A stretch of 64,000 bases of DNA, from NCBI GenBank assembly GCA_963662315.1, contig OY759353.1, forward strand, positions 1,600,001 through 1,664,000, given 5' to 3'. The notes beneath the pieces were generated by a model that was given only the letters and a program-made list of their open reading frames with translations, made no database searches and had not been told where the DNA came from. The stretch is from Geopsychrobacteraceae bacterium (GTDB taxonomy: Bacteria > Desulfobacterota > Desulfuromonadia > Desulfuromonadales > Geopsychrobacteraceae). Below, one piece after another: positions 38,970 to 48,806 of this stretch. The position numbers were made by a program, and so were the translations under genes. Each line of letters starts with the position of its first letter. Within the stretch, counting starts at the first letter, position 1.

Positions 38970-40262
38970 GTGTTTCCTGCTGACATTGATCTTATTCTTG
39001 AAAAAATCCTCCCTTGGGTACTTGCCGGACTGACAGTAGGCTACCTGCTCGGCACCTTGAAACAGCACCGTAAACAAGCACTCTTGCTGCAACAAAAGGA
39101 AGAACTCAGTCATAAGCTGGCTCGCTGCGAAGCGCAAATTGAAGCGGAACGGCAAGGGAATCAAGAGAAAATACAATTACTGGAAGACAATCGCAGGCAG
39201 TTGGAACATAGTTTCCAGGCTCTTTCGGCCCAAGCCCTGGAATCCAACAACCGAAATTTCCTGCAACTGGCCAAAAGCAGTCTGGCGACACTGCACAAAG
39301 AGAATCAGGGCGACTTGGCCCAACGTCAGCAGGCCATTGACCAGCTGGTTCACCCGCTCAAAGAATCCTTGACCAAAGTCGATCATAAAATTGAGCAACT
39401 TGAACGAGCCCGCCGCGATGCTTACGGGCGCCTTGACCAACAGTTGCAGTCATTGCTGACCAGTCAGCATAAACTGGAAACAGAAACCGGCAACCTGGTC
39501 CGCGCCTTGCGCGCCCCTGCCGCACGCGGCCGCTGGGGGGAAATTCAACTGCGCAAAGTGGTCGAGATGGCCGGTATGGTCAATTACTGTGACTTTGTGG
39601 AACAGGAAACTGCAGATGGAGGCCGGTTACGCCCGGACATGGTCATAAAGCTCCCCAATGGGCGCAACATCATTGTTGACTCAAAGGCTCCACTGGAAGC
39701 TTACCTCAATGCCCTTGAAAGCGACAATGACGATCAGCGCAACACGTTACTCAGTCAACATGCGCGGCAGATTCGTGATCATGTCGTCAAACTGTCCGGC
39801 AAAAACTACTGGGAACAGTTTCAGCCGACCCCTGAATTTGTCGTCCTGTTTCTTCCCGCCGAAACCTTTTTCTCGGCAGCCCTCGCCCAGGATCCTGGCC
39901 TTATTGAAGCAGGCGTTGACCGCAAAGTGCTGCTTGCCACGCCGACAACCCTGATAGCCCTACTGCGCTCCGTTGCCTACGGCTGGCGCCAGGAACAGCT
40001 GACCGAAAATGCCGAAGTCATCAGTCAGCTCGGCCGAGAAATGTACGACCGGCTGGCCACCATGCACCAGCACTTCCAGCAACTCGGTAAAAATCTGGAG
40101 CGTGCTGTTGATAGTTACAACCGGGGAATAGCCTCCCTCGACAGTCGAGTCATGGTTTCAGCACGCAAATTCAAGGATCTTGGTGCCGGCACCAGCAAAG
40201 ATATTGAAGCAGCAAACCAGATCAACACTCTGCCCCGCATACCTCAAGGTTCAGAAGACTGA
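38970..40262 (+). CDS. rmuC: DNA recombination protein RmuC
   Basis: N-terminal TM and coiled coil, [27 protein letters not shown] start after AAAGGA. Confidence 0.93.
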   Translation: MFPADIDLILEKILPWVLAGLTVGYLLGTLKQHRKQALLLQQKEELSHKLARCEAQIEAERQGNQEKIQLLEDNRRQLEHSFQALSAQALESNNRNFLQLAKSSLATLHKENQGDLAQRQQAIDQLVHPLKESLTKVDHKIEQLERARRDAYGRLDQQLQSLLTSQHKLETETGNLVRALRAPAARGRWGEIQLRKVVEMAGMVNYCDFVEQETADGGRLRPDMVIKLPNGRNIIVDSKAPLEAYLNALESDNDDQRNTLLSQHARQIRDHVVKLSGKNYWEQFQPTPEFVVLFLPAETFFSAALAQDPGLIEAGVDRKVLLATPTTLIALLRSVAYGWRQEQLTENAEVISQLGREMYDRLATMHQHFQQLGKNLERAVDSYNRGIASLDSRVMVSARKFKDLGAGTSKDIEAANQINTLPRIPQGSED

Positions 40263-40332
40263 TCCCCAGAAAAGGTCAACTTGTGCTATAGTGACATTTT
40301 TTCATTCATCAAGATTCCTTGGAGGAACTCCC

Positions 40333-40914
40333 ATGAAAATACTGAAACTCGTTATCTGGACCCTGGTGCTGATGCTGCTCAGCAGTTGCGGTTACAACAC
40401 CATGCAAAAAAATGAAGAAGCCGTGTTCGCCGCCTGGGCAGACGTCGAAGCAACCTACCAGCGCCGTGCCGACCTGATCCCAAACCTGGTGGAAACGGTC
40501 AAGGCCTATGCTGCCCACGAAAAAGAAACTCTGACACAAGTCACCAATGCCAGAGCCAAAGTCGGCCAGGTCAGCCTGTCGGCAGACAACTTGGGCAATA
40601 CCGCTGCGCTGCAACAATTCCAGCAGGCCCAGGGAGAACTTTCCGGCGCCCTGTCGCGCTTACTGGTCGTTGCTGAACGTTACCCGGACCTGAAGGCCAA
40701 TCAGAATTTCCGCGACCTGCAGCATCAGCTGGAAGGGACCGAGAACCGCATTAATGTGGCCCGTCAGCGCTACAATGAAGCGGTAAGGGTTTTCAATACG
40801 TCGATCCGGACCTTCCCCAACAGCATGACCAACAACTTCCTGCTCCACCTTGACCGCAAAGAACCATTCAAGGCTGATGCGGGAGCAGCAACGGCTCCGA
40901 AGGTGACATTCTAA
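40333..40914 (+). CDS. lemA: LemA family lipoprotein
   Basis: SSCGYN lipobox, [28 protein letters not shown]. Confidence 0.95.
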   Translation: MKILKLVIWTLVLMLLSSCGYNTMQKNEEAVFAAWADVEATYQRRADLIPNLVETVKAYAAHEKETLTQVTNARAKVGQVSLSADNLGNTAALQQFQQAQGELSGALSRLLVVAERYPDLKANQNFRDLQHQLEGTENRINVARQRYNEAVRVFNTSIRTFPNSMTNNFLLHLDRKEPFKADAGAATAPKVTF

Positions 40915-41642
40915 TGCGTAAACTGGTTCTGATCCTGCTGTTTCTGCTTTTAAGCGTTGTGCCTGTTGCCGCCCGCGACATTCCCAACCCCACGGGTTAC
41001 GTCAACGATACCGCCGGCATCATGTCGAAAACGGTCAAACTGAAACTTGAGCAGTTTTTACATGATTTCGAAGCCAGCGACTCAACCCAGATTACGGTAT
41101 TGACCATCCCCTCCCTGGAAGGAGAGAACCTTGAAGATTATTCCATGAAGGTTCTGGAAAACTGGGGAATCGGTCAAAAAAACAAAGATAACGGAGCCCT
41201 GCTCCTGGTGGCAAAAGATGAACGTAAGATTCGCATTGAGGTCGGCTATGGCCTTGAAGGGCGCCTGACGGACCTGCTGGCCGGGCGGATCATCGACAAC
41301 GAAATTTCCCCTCGCTTCAAACAGGGTGATTTTGATGGGGGGATTGTCAGTGGCGTGGTTGGTATTGCTGAAGCCGTCAGGGGCGAATATACCGGAACCG
41401 GAACAACCCGCAGCAAGAAAAAAGGCAGTCCGTTCGGCTTTCTGTTCCTGCTGTTTTTCCTTGGTCCATTCCTGGCCCGTTTAGGTGGTCGGCGCAATTA
41501 CCGTTCGCGCCGTAGCGGTATCTTCTTCGGGGGACCCTTCATAGGTGGAGGCGGCGGCTTCGGTGGCGGTGGTTTTGGAGGCGGCGGCTTCTCCGGCGGA
41601 GGAGGCGGCGGTGGTGGCGGAGGTGCTTCCGGTGGCTGGTAG
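40914..41642 (+). CDS. TPM-domain protein (YgcG-like) with Gly-rich tail
   Basis: VNDTAG, WGIGQK, RIEVGYGLEG, GGGGASGGW end. Confidence 0.92.
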   Translation: MRKLVLILLFLLLSVVPVAARDIPNPTGYVNDTAGIMSKTVKLKLEQFLHDFEASDSTQITVLTIPSLEGENLEDYSMKVLENWGIGQKNKDNGALLLVAKDERKIRIEVGYGLEGRLTDLLAGRIIDNEISPRFKQGDFDGGIVSGVVGIAEAVRGEYTGTGTTRSKKKGSPFGFLFLLFFLGPFLARLGGRRNYRSRRSGIFFGGPFIGGGGGFGGGGFGGGGFSGGGGGGGGGGASGGW

Positions 41643-41718
41643 CGACGCGCTGGTGCCGGAGATTTCAAAGAGCGCTATTTTTCATTCTAACTTCTAAATT
41701 CACCAGATAGAGAGAGTT

Positions 41719-42357
41719 ATGATATCTGCAGCAGATTTTTTTACGGCGGAAGAACAGAAGAACATTGAGGCCGCGGTTAAGGCAGCGGAGTTGACCACCA
41801 GTGGTGAAATTGTGCCGATGATTGTCGATTCTTCCTATGAATATCCGCGTGCCGAATTAATCGGCGGCGGAACGCTGGCCCTAGCCTGTGGGCTGTTCGG
41901 AAGCTGGGCCTGGGGAGGCGAATCAATCTGGTCGTTTCTGCCCATTTTTCTGGTTGCCTTTGGCCTGTTCTTTTATCTCATCCGCTCCTGTCCGGCTCTT
42001 AAACGTAAACTGATTCATCCTGAAGAATTGGCCGCAGAGACCAGGGAAAAAGCCCTGGTGTCTTTCCTTGAGCAGGGTTTACACGAAACCCGCGATAAAA
42101 CCGGCATTCTGATCTTGGTATCATTGTTTGAAAGAAGGGTTGTCGTGCTTGCCGACAGTGGTATCAACGCCAAGGTTCCTGAAAACACCTGGGACGAAAT
42201 TGTCGCCATGATTGTGCCCGGCGTAAAAAGTGGTCAGACATGTACAGCGCTGTGCCATGCGATTACCCGGTGCGGAGAATTGCTAAGTTACCATTTCCCA
42301 CGCAAAGCCGATGATACAGATGAGCTCCCCAACCTGATTTTACCCCACAGAGAATAA
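41719..42357 (+). CDS. TPM-domain membrane protein
   Basis: AELTTSGEIV, TRDKTGILI, LADSGI, DELPN; typical lemA operon member. Confidence 0.88.
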   Translation: MISAADFFTAEEQKNIEAAVKAAELTTSGEIVPMIVDSSYEYPRAELIGGGTLALACGLFGSWAWGGESIWSFLPIFLVAFGLFFYLIRSCPALKRKLIHPEELAAETREKALVSFLEQGLHETRDKTGILILVSLFERRVVVLADSGINAKVPENTWDEIVAMIVPGVKSGQTCTALCHAITRCGELLSYHFPRKADDTDELPNLILPHRE

Positions 42358-42548
42358 AAGACACCGCCAGAAGTTGGGGGCTGCGTGAACGTGATCAACG
42401 GCCAGCCCCTCGCAACCGGCAGGGGCTGGAGGATAAACTTTACAATTCTTAACAAGACAGTCTCACACGACGTGATAAACTCAGGAGCGTCCTAGCGAGA
42501 GAAGCAGGGACGGAAAGATAAGCCACTGCTTAAGAATTGGAGGCAAAT

Positions 42549-42788
42549 ATGGGCTATCATCATCTGGGGATGGGACAATTCTGGCCATTGGGCGGACACG
42601 GTTTTGGCGGCCTGATGTTCTGGCTGTTGATCTTTTTTATCTGTTACCTGATTTACCGCGGCAGTCGCTCCTGGTCCCGTAATACTCAACATTACAACGA
42701 TGCTCTGGGGACCCTGAATCAGCGTCTGGCGCGAGGAGAAATTAGTGCTGATGAGTACGACGCAATACTCAAGCGCATTCACTCTTAG
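42549..42788 (+). CDS. SHOCT-domain small membrane protein
   Basis: GGAGG RBS; Gly/Met/His-rich N-terminus, TM, L-x-x-RLARGEISADEY. Confidence 0.82.
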   Translation: MGYHHLGMGQFWPLGGHGFGGLMFWLLIFFICYLIYRGSRSWSRNTQHYNDALGTLNQRLARGEISADEYDAILKRIHS

Positions 42789-42823
42789 CTGGAGTTAAAA
42801 AAATACCCAGAGCACGAGCAACG

Positions 42824-44074
42824 TTATTCTATCTTTGGCATACGTACAACAGCTTGATAAAAATCGCGATTACGAGGCCCCGGGCAAGCGTTATGCAACA
42901 ACAGCCCATAGGTCCGGGTCGCCGTCAGTTCCAGCTGTAACTGGCTTAAAGCCAGGTTATAGTCTCGCGAATCTGGGCCATAGTGTTTTTTCAAGGTGGC
43001 ATATATACGGGAGAAATTTTGAATCAGGGGTAATTCGCGTTGTTTGCGGGTCTGTGCGAGAAACCGCTCCCCTTTGCGGCTGGCCCCAAGCAAGTGCAAA
43101 TATCTCGGACCGGTCGACAATAAAGGCTGCACCTGCTCTGGTAGCCAGCCAAGTAATACTGCCATCAGCATGCGCTGAATGCGAGTCCGGGTAAACTGAC
43201 GGGATTTGATGGCGAGAATAAGATCTTCAAGGGTCGCGGCTCGATCTGCAGCGGCCACCAGGCGATTTTCAATTCCTCCCTCGACCAGCCAATAACGAGA
43301 CAACTCCCGTTGGTCCCGAAATAACTGTGCTGCCAACAACAGAAAACAGACCTGCTGAGAAAAATGATCTCTTTGTTCCAGAGCCTGTTGCAGAAGCGGG
43401 TAGCAGGAGTGTGGAACCAGCGCTGCAACGCTTTGCCTTGAGGCGATACGATGTCGAATGCCAGTGGCACTGGCAATTCCATGCGTACTACCGAAATCAT
43501 GATAACCGGCACCAGTGCGCTCGATGGTGTAAGGTTTAAGAGCGGCCTCCGACAGTTCAAGGGCTTTGAGATATTCAATCCCGAGGATATTGTTGGGCGT
43601 TGCCAGCACATGTGACTCCGCTGTGAACTGAGTCATGACTTCGGCCCGCGCGGCTGGGTAGCTTACGCCCTGCCTGAATAACCGGTTGGTCTCGGTCTCC
43701 AGTTCGTGTTCCCAGGACATTAACTGCCGGGCACAGTCCTGTAAAGACCGCAGGTCACCGGATTCACTACCAAAGCACAGGCTTTCAATGCCGCCAATCC
43801 CAGCCAGAGCCTGCACGCCACCACGGGCAAAGTCGGGAGCGCTGCTACAGGCCCAGGGCAGTGGCAGTTCAACAACAAGGTCAACACCGGCGCTCAAAGC
43901 CATGTGGGTCCGTAGCCACTTGTCAAACAGTGCCGGCTCACCACGCTGCAGAAAATGACCACTCATAACAGCGATGCTCACCCCGGCTCCGGTCAGCTGC
44001 TTACTCTGCTGCAGATGATAAAGGTGACCGTTATGAAACGGATTGTACTCGGTGATCAGGCCGACAGCATGCAT
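42824..44074 (-). CDS. tmcAL: tRNA(Met) cytidine acetate ligase (YlbM/TmcAL family)
   Basis: EYNPFHNGH, MSGHFLQRGEP, DLVVELP, FGSE, PNNILGIEY, SATGIR, TRIQR. Confidence 0.88.
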   Translation of the reverse strand: MHAVGLITEYNPFHNGHLYHLQQSKQLTGAGVSIAVMSGHFLQRGEPALFDKWLRTHMALSAGVDLVVELPLPWACSSAPDFARGGVQALAGIGGIESLCFGSESGDLRSLQDCARQLMSWEHELETETNRLFRQGVSYPAARAEVMTQFTAESHVLATPNNILGIEYLKALELSEAALKPYTIERTGAGYHDFGSTHGIASATGIRHRIASRQSVAALVPHSCYPLLQQALEQRDHFSQQVCFLLLAAQLFRDQRELSRYWLVEGGIENRLVAAADRAATLEDLILAIKSRQFTRTRIQRMLMAVLLGWLPEQVQPLLSTGPRYLHLLGASRKGERFLAQTRKQRELPLIQNFSRIYATLKKHYGPDSRDYNLALSQLQLELTATRTYGLLLHNACPGPRNRDFYQAVVRMPKIE

Positions 44075-44087
44075 AGGGTTTCAAATC

Positions 44088-44780
44088 TCACAGGATAACG
44101 GGGATAGCACAGTCAACCCTGTTATCTTCTTCAGTGACTCGCGTTTTATAAGCCAGCGCTTCGACACCTGCGGCCACAACTTCGCGCAGAATGCGCCCGT
44201 ACTCTGGATCAATATCATCAGCAGGAGAAAAGGCCGTAGCTTCCTGCCGCTGCACGAGAAAAAAGATCACCGAACGATAGCCCTGCTGTTTCGCCTCGAG
44301 GAGTTCCTTTAAATGCTTTTGCCCCCGGGTGGTGACCGCATCGGGAAAACAGGCGACCAGGCCAGGGGTACACAGAGTGACATTTTTAACCTCTACCAGC
44401 ACCTTCTGCTCGGGCGACGCAAGCATGAAATCGATGCGACTGGCTCCAATACTGAATTCTGGTGTCACCTGGAAACCACTCAGACTTTCGACCCAGCCAT
44501 GGCGTAAAGCTTCTTCAACAACACGATTAGTCCGTTGCGTGTGGGTATCGACCCAGTGCTCACCAACCCGAATAAGCTCAAGAGTGTAAGGCAGTTTACG
44601 CTGCGGGTTGGAGGACTGAGACACCAGAACCTTATAGCCGGGAACAGCGCATTGTTTCATGCTTCCCGTATTGGGTGTATGCGCGGTCACGATACGACCA
44701 TCGGCAAGCTCAACATCGGTTAGAAAGCGTTTGTAGCGACGAATCAGGGTTCCCTCTAATAGAGGGCTGGGAAGTTTCAT
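44088..44780 (-). CDS. sfsA: DNA/RNA nuclease SfsA
   Basis: RYKRFL, HTPNTGSM, EVKNVTL, FPDAVTTRGQKHL. Confidence 0.95.
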   Translation of the reverse strand: MKLPSPLLEGTLIRRYKRFLTDVELADGRIVTAHTPNTGSMKQCAVPGYKVLVSQSSNPQRKLPYTLELIRVGEHWVDTHTQRTNRVVEEALRHGWVESLSGFQVTPEFSIGASRIDFMLASPEQKVLVEVKNVTLCTPGLVACFPDAVTTRGQKHLKELLEAKQQGYRSVIFFLVQRQEATAFSPADDIDPEYGRILREVVAAGVEALAYKTRVTEEDNRVDCAIPVIL

Positions 44781-44933
44781 AGTCAACAGCTCCATTGTTA
44801 TAAACGGGCACCATTCTAACCAGAGGTGCCAGCCCCAGCAAGTAACAATTCTTGCCAATCACAAACGTTGATCGTATAGTTCCCCATCATCCCAAACATA
44901 TGCAATTCCCCACTTTCAAAACGAGGTGATTCC

Positions 44934-46571
44934 ATGACCGAGAATCTGATCCAGCGTACAGCTTCGGCCTATACCTATCCCCTGTTGATAAAAAACCTGC
45001 TGCAGTCACCAATTGTCGATGACCCCCAACAGGAAATCATCTACCGCGACCAGGCCCGTTTCTCTTATGCCGAATTCCGTCAACGTATCTGCCGACTCGC
45101 TAACGCCTTGACCAATATGGGGGTCAAAGCCGGTGATACTGTGGCCGTCATGGATTGGGACAGTCATCGTTATCTCGAATGCTTTTACGCCGTCCCCATG
45201 CTCGGCGCGGTTTTGCATACGGTCAATATCCGCCTGTCCCCGGAACAGATCCTTTACACCATTGATCATGCCGAGGATGACTACCTGCTCATCAACGAAG
45301 AATTTCTGCCCCTTCTGGAACAGATAAAAGGGCGTATCGACACGGTCAAGGAATTCGTCCTGCTGCAGGACGGCATCCAGCAGCCGGAGACCTCCATCAA
45401 CTTTGTCGGAGAATACGAAGACCTGCTGATGGCAGGAGATGACCACTTTGCCTTCGCAGATTTTGACGAAAACACCCGGGCGACAACCTTCTACAGCACC
45501 GGCACCACCGGCATGCCCAAAGGGGTCTATTTCAGCCACCGGCAACTGGTCCTGCATACCCTGGGCGGCATTGCCGCTTTGGGCACCGTCCTTAATCAGG
45601 GGCGCCTGCATCAGGGTGATGTCTACATGCCGATCACGCCCATGTTTCACGTCCATGCCTGGGGAATTCCCTACATGGCCACCGCTCTTGGTCTGAAACA
45701 GGTTTATCCGGGCAAGTACACCCCGGATATGCTGCTGAAACTGATCGACAAGGAGCATGTCACGTTTTCCCACTGCGTACCGACGATTCTGCATCTGCTG
45801 ATGAATCATCCCCTGTTCAAAGAAATCGATTTTTCTTCATGGAAGGTTCTGATTGGCGGTGCCGCATTGCCTAAAACCATGTGCAAAGCGATGCTGGAAC
45901 GCGGTATCGATGTTTATTCCGGTTACGGCATGTCTGAGACGTGCCCAATTCTGACCATAGCTCATGTGACCGAGGCAGATTTAACCACGGATGAAGAGAT
46001 TGAAATCCGCTGTAAAACCGGCCGCCCGCTGCCGCTGGTCGACTTGCGCATTGTTGATGAACGGATGGAGGACATTCCAGCTGATGCATCGAGCGTTGGC
46101 GAAATTGTTGTCCGTAGTCCCTGGCTGACTCAAGGCTACCTGAAAGACCAGCGTAATTCTGAAACCCTGTGGCGCGGAGGGTACCTGCACACTGGTGATG
46201 TCGCCAGCAAAGATAAAAATAATTACGTAAAAATTACCGATCGGATCAAAGACGTCATCAAGATTGGCGGCGAGTGGATCTCTTCATTGGAAATTGAAGA
46301 CATCCTGAATGCCCACCCGGCGGTTGCAGAGGTTGCCGTTATCGGCCTGCCCGATCAGAAATGGGGCGAAAAACCCTTGGCTCTGATCGTCAAAAAAGCC
46401 GAAGTGGAAGTCACAGAAAAAGAGCTGATTCGGCATATCCGCAGCTTTATCGACAAAGGGATGATTTCGAAACAGATCGTTCTGATCAAGCTGCAGTTCG
46501 TCGAAACCATTGAAAAGACCAGCGTCGGAAAAACCAATAAACGGGTGCTCAGAGAAATCTTCAATCATTAA
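44934..46571 (+). CDS. Medium-chain fatty-acid--CoA ligase (AlkK/DmdB-like)
   Basis: [44 protein letters not shown]. Confidence 0.9.
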   Translation: MTENLIQRTASAYTYPLLIKNLLQSPIVDDPQQEIIYRDQARFSYAEFRQRICRLANALTNMGVKAGDTVAVMDWDSHRYLECFYAVPMLGAVLHTVNIRLSPEQILYTIDHAEDDYLLINEEFLPLLEQIKGRIDTVKEFVLLQDGIQQPETSINFVGEYEDLLMAGDDHFAFADFDENTRATTFYSTGTTGMPKGVYFSHRQLVLHTLGGIAALGTVLNQGRLHQGDVYMPITPMFHVHAWGIPYMATALGLKQVYPGKYTPDMLLKLIDKEHVTFSHCVPTILHLLMNHPLFKEIDFSSWKVLIGGAALPKTMCKAMLERGIDVYSGYGMSETCPILTIAHVTEADLTTDEEIEIRCKTGRPLPLVDLRIVDERMEDIPADASSVGEIVVRSPWLTQGYLKDQRNSETLWRGGYLHTGDVASKDKNNYVKITDRIKDVIKIGGEWISSLEIEDILNAHPAVAEVAVIGLPDQKWGEKPLALIVKKAEVEVTEKELIRHIRSFIDKGMISKQIVLIKLQFVETIEKTSVGKTNKRVLREIFNH

Positions 46572-46583
46572 AAAGTATAGGAA

Positions 46584-46616
46584 CCAGCCATATGCGCATT
46601 GAGCGGATATGGCTGG
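46584..46616. terminator. Hairpin between the convergent CoA ligase and ald genes
   Basis: CCAGCCATAT...ATATGGCTGG stem. Confidence 0.5.
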
Positions 46617-46639
46617 CTGCCTATACTTCGCGACTCCAA

Positions 46640-47752
46640 TTAAAGCAGGACCTCTGCGGCAACCAGATCAATATTAAAAGCCTCGGCAACGCCCGGGTAG
46701 CATACCTTGCCAGCAACAATGTTCAAGCCTTCCTGAATCCCGCTGTCTATCGTCGCAGCAATTTTCCAACCCAAATCTGCCAGCTTGACCGCATAAGGCA
46801 GAGTGGCGTTGGTCAGGGCCATGGTCGAAGTCAAGGGGACAGCACCAGGCATATTGGCAACACAATAATGGACAACGCCATCAATGACATAAGTCGGCTC
46901 AGTGTGAGTCGTCGGCTGTGATGTCTCAAAACAGCCCCCCTGATCGATAGCGACATCGACCATCACCGCACCAGGTTTCATCGTCTTCAACATGTCCCGG
47001 GTCACCAGCTTGGGAGCTTTGGCACCGTGAACCAGCACCGCCCCGATAACCAGGTCCGCTTCCTTGACCAGATCACGCAGTGTCGCGGGAGAGGACATCA
47101 GAGGAAAACAGTTCTTCGGCATGATTTCGGCCAGGTGACGTAATCGCTCCAGGTTCATGTCCAGCAGATAAACCTTGGCGCCCAGTCCCGCAGCCATAGT
47201 TGCCGCATGGGTTCCAACCACTCCACCACCAATGACAACGACGGTTGCGGGTGCGACGCCCGGTACACCACCCATCAAAATCCCGCGCCCCCCTTGCGAG
47301 CGCTCCAGGTACTTGGCCCCTTCCTGGGCGGCCATCCGCCCGGCAACTTCACTCATGGGGGTCAGCAGAGGCAGACCGCCTTCCGGAGTTGCAATCGTTT
47401 CGTAGGCCACGCACACAGCCTGGCTGTCAATCATCGCCTTGGTCAGTTTTTCATCAGCAGCAAAGTGAAAATAGGTAAAGACAATCTGACCCGGACGGAT
47501 CAGCCTGTATTCACTCGGTTGCGGTTCCTTAACGTGCATAACCATTTCCGCTGCAGCATAAATAGCCGCCGGGTCTGTCACGATTTCAGCCCCCGCCTCC
47601 AGATAAGCCGCGTCAGCAAAACCACTGCCGATACCGGCCCCTTTCTCAACCAGTACTGTGTGTCCGTGAGACGTCATGACTTCAACACCTGAAGGTGTCA
47701 TGGCAACACGATTTTCTTCAACTTTGATTTCTTTCAAAACACCGATAACCAT
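46640..47752 (-). CDS. ald: Alanine dehydrogenase
   Basis: KEIKVEENRV, HVKEP, PMSEVAGR, GGGVVG, DVAIDQGG, VANMPG. Confidence 0.97.
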   Translation of the reverse strand: MVIGVLKEIKVEENRVAMTPSGVEVMTSHGHTVLVEKGAGIGSGFADAAYLEAGAEIVTDPAAIYAAAEMVMHVKEPQPSEYRLIRPGQIVFTYFHFAADEKLTKAMIDSQAVCVAYETIATPEGGLPLLTPMSEVAGRMAAQEGAKYLERSQGGRGILMGGVPGVAPATVVVIGGGVVGTHAATMAAGLGAKVYLLDMNLERLRHLAEIMPKNCFPLMSSPATLRDLVKEADLVIGAVLVHGAKAPKLVTRDMLKTMKPGAVMVDVAIDQGGCFETSQPTTHTEPTYVIDGVVHYCVANMPGAVPLTSTMALTNATLPYAVKLADLGWKIAATIDSGIQEGLNIVAGKVCYPGVAEAFNIDLVAAEVLL

Positions 47753-47954
47753 GATGCTCTCCTTTATACAAGAGAAGGATAGAAAACAGATGGGTCACAT
47801 ATATCTGGGTGCTTCGGTACCAAGGCTCTGCCCAGTCTGAAGGTATGGCAACTTTAATATAATTTTCATTTTACCAACAAATTCGCGCAACGTCCTTGCA
47901 AGTTTCATGTTTTTTTCTCTGGACGACGCAGGATTCCGTCACTATTATTCAAAC

Positions 47955-48431
47955 ATGTCAAATAATCAGCGAAAAATTATCCTCGACAGTATCGATATCA
48001 AGATTCTTTCCGCTCTACAGAAAGATGGCAAGCTCAGCTACGTTCAACTTGCAGCACTGGCGGGGCTGTCTGAATCGGCGTGTCTCAGGCGGGTGCGTCT
48101 GCTTGAAGAACAGGGTATTATCGATCGCTATGTCATGCTGCTTAATCAGGCGGCCATAGGTAAACCGGGGACGGTATTCGTTCAGGTCACCCTTGATGGT
48201 CAACAGCAGGACAAATTACAGCGCTTCGAAAGGGAGATCGGTCAGGTGACTGAAGTCATGGAATGCTACCTGATGGCTGGAGACAGCGATTTCCTGCTGC
48301 GTATTATCATTCGCGATAATGACGATTACCTGCGTATTCACAATCGTCTCACCAGCCTGCCGGGAGTCCTCAGGGTCCAGAGTTCATTCGCCCTGAAAAC
48401 CATCCTCAGAAAAACCGAACTGCCTCTTTAG
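47955..48431 (+). CDS. Lrp/AsnC regulator divergent from ald (AldR-like)
   Basis: IDIKILSALQKDG, LSESACLRRV, ECYLMAGDSDF. Confidence 0.92.
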   Translation: MSNNQRKIILDSIDIKILSALQKDGKLSYVQLAALAGLSESACLRRVRLLEEQGIIDRYVMLLNQAAIGKPGTVFVQVTLDGQQQDKLQRFEREIGQVTEVMECYLMAGDSDFLLRIIIRDNDDYLRIHNRLTSLPGVLRVQSSFALKTILRKTELPL

Positions 48432-48559
48432 CCTCGGTAGCCCCAAAACAGCCAAGAAATACAGAAATCTCTGCCCAGCGGTTCAGTTTTGGAGAAGAAA
48501 TCATGGATAATGGCCGTAAGATCAGGTCGATCCTGTAAATCTTTTCAGAAGGAGCAGCT

Positions 48560-48718
48560 ATGAAGATAACCGGCTTAACCCTGTTACTCCTTGCCTGTTT
48601 ATTCTTTTCGCCAGCCCTGTCTTGTTCATTCGACAACCAGGCGGCGCTTGGCCACCTTATGCAAACCAAAGCCGTTTTTGATGTCAACCAGGGGTATGCT
48701 TTTATTCCAATGGAGTGA
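48560..48718 (+). pseudogene. 52-aa ORF, probable internally deleted secreted DsrE-family gene
   Basis: AAGGAG RBS; signal peptide then ...TKAVFDVNQGYAFIPME*; resembles N- and C-termini of DsrE-like proteins joined together. Confidence 0.55.
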
Positions 48719-48806
48719 GCGTATGCGAAAGATTAAAATTAACAAGTGATTATTAAAATCTTCTGTGATATGTTTTTCTTTTTGACATTTTCACGTAGAG
48801 GATTAA

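Noticed and set aside
41540..41640. GGC/GGT repeat tract
   Set aside because: Normal Gly-rich tail of TPM-domain proteins, not a DNA repeat element
42377..42429. Alternative pairing GGGGCTG/CAGCCCC/GGGGCTG after the lemA operon
   Set aside because: Short GC-rich stems, most simply a terminator-like hairpin; no sign of a switch
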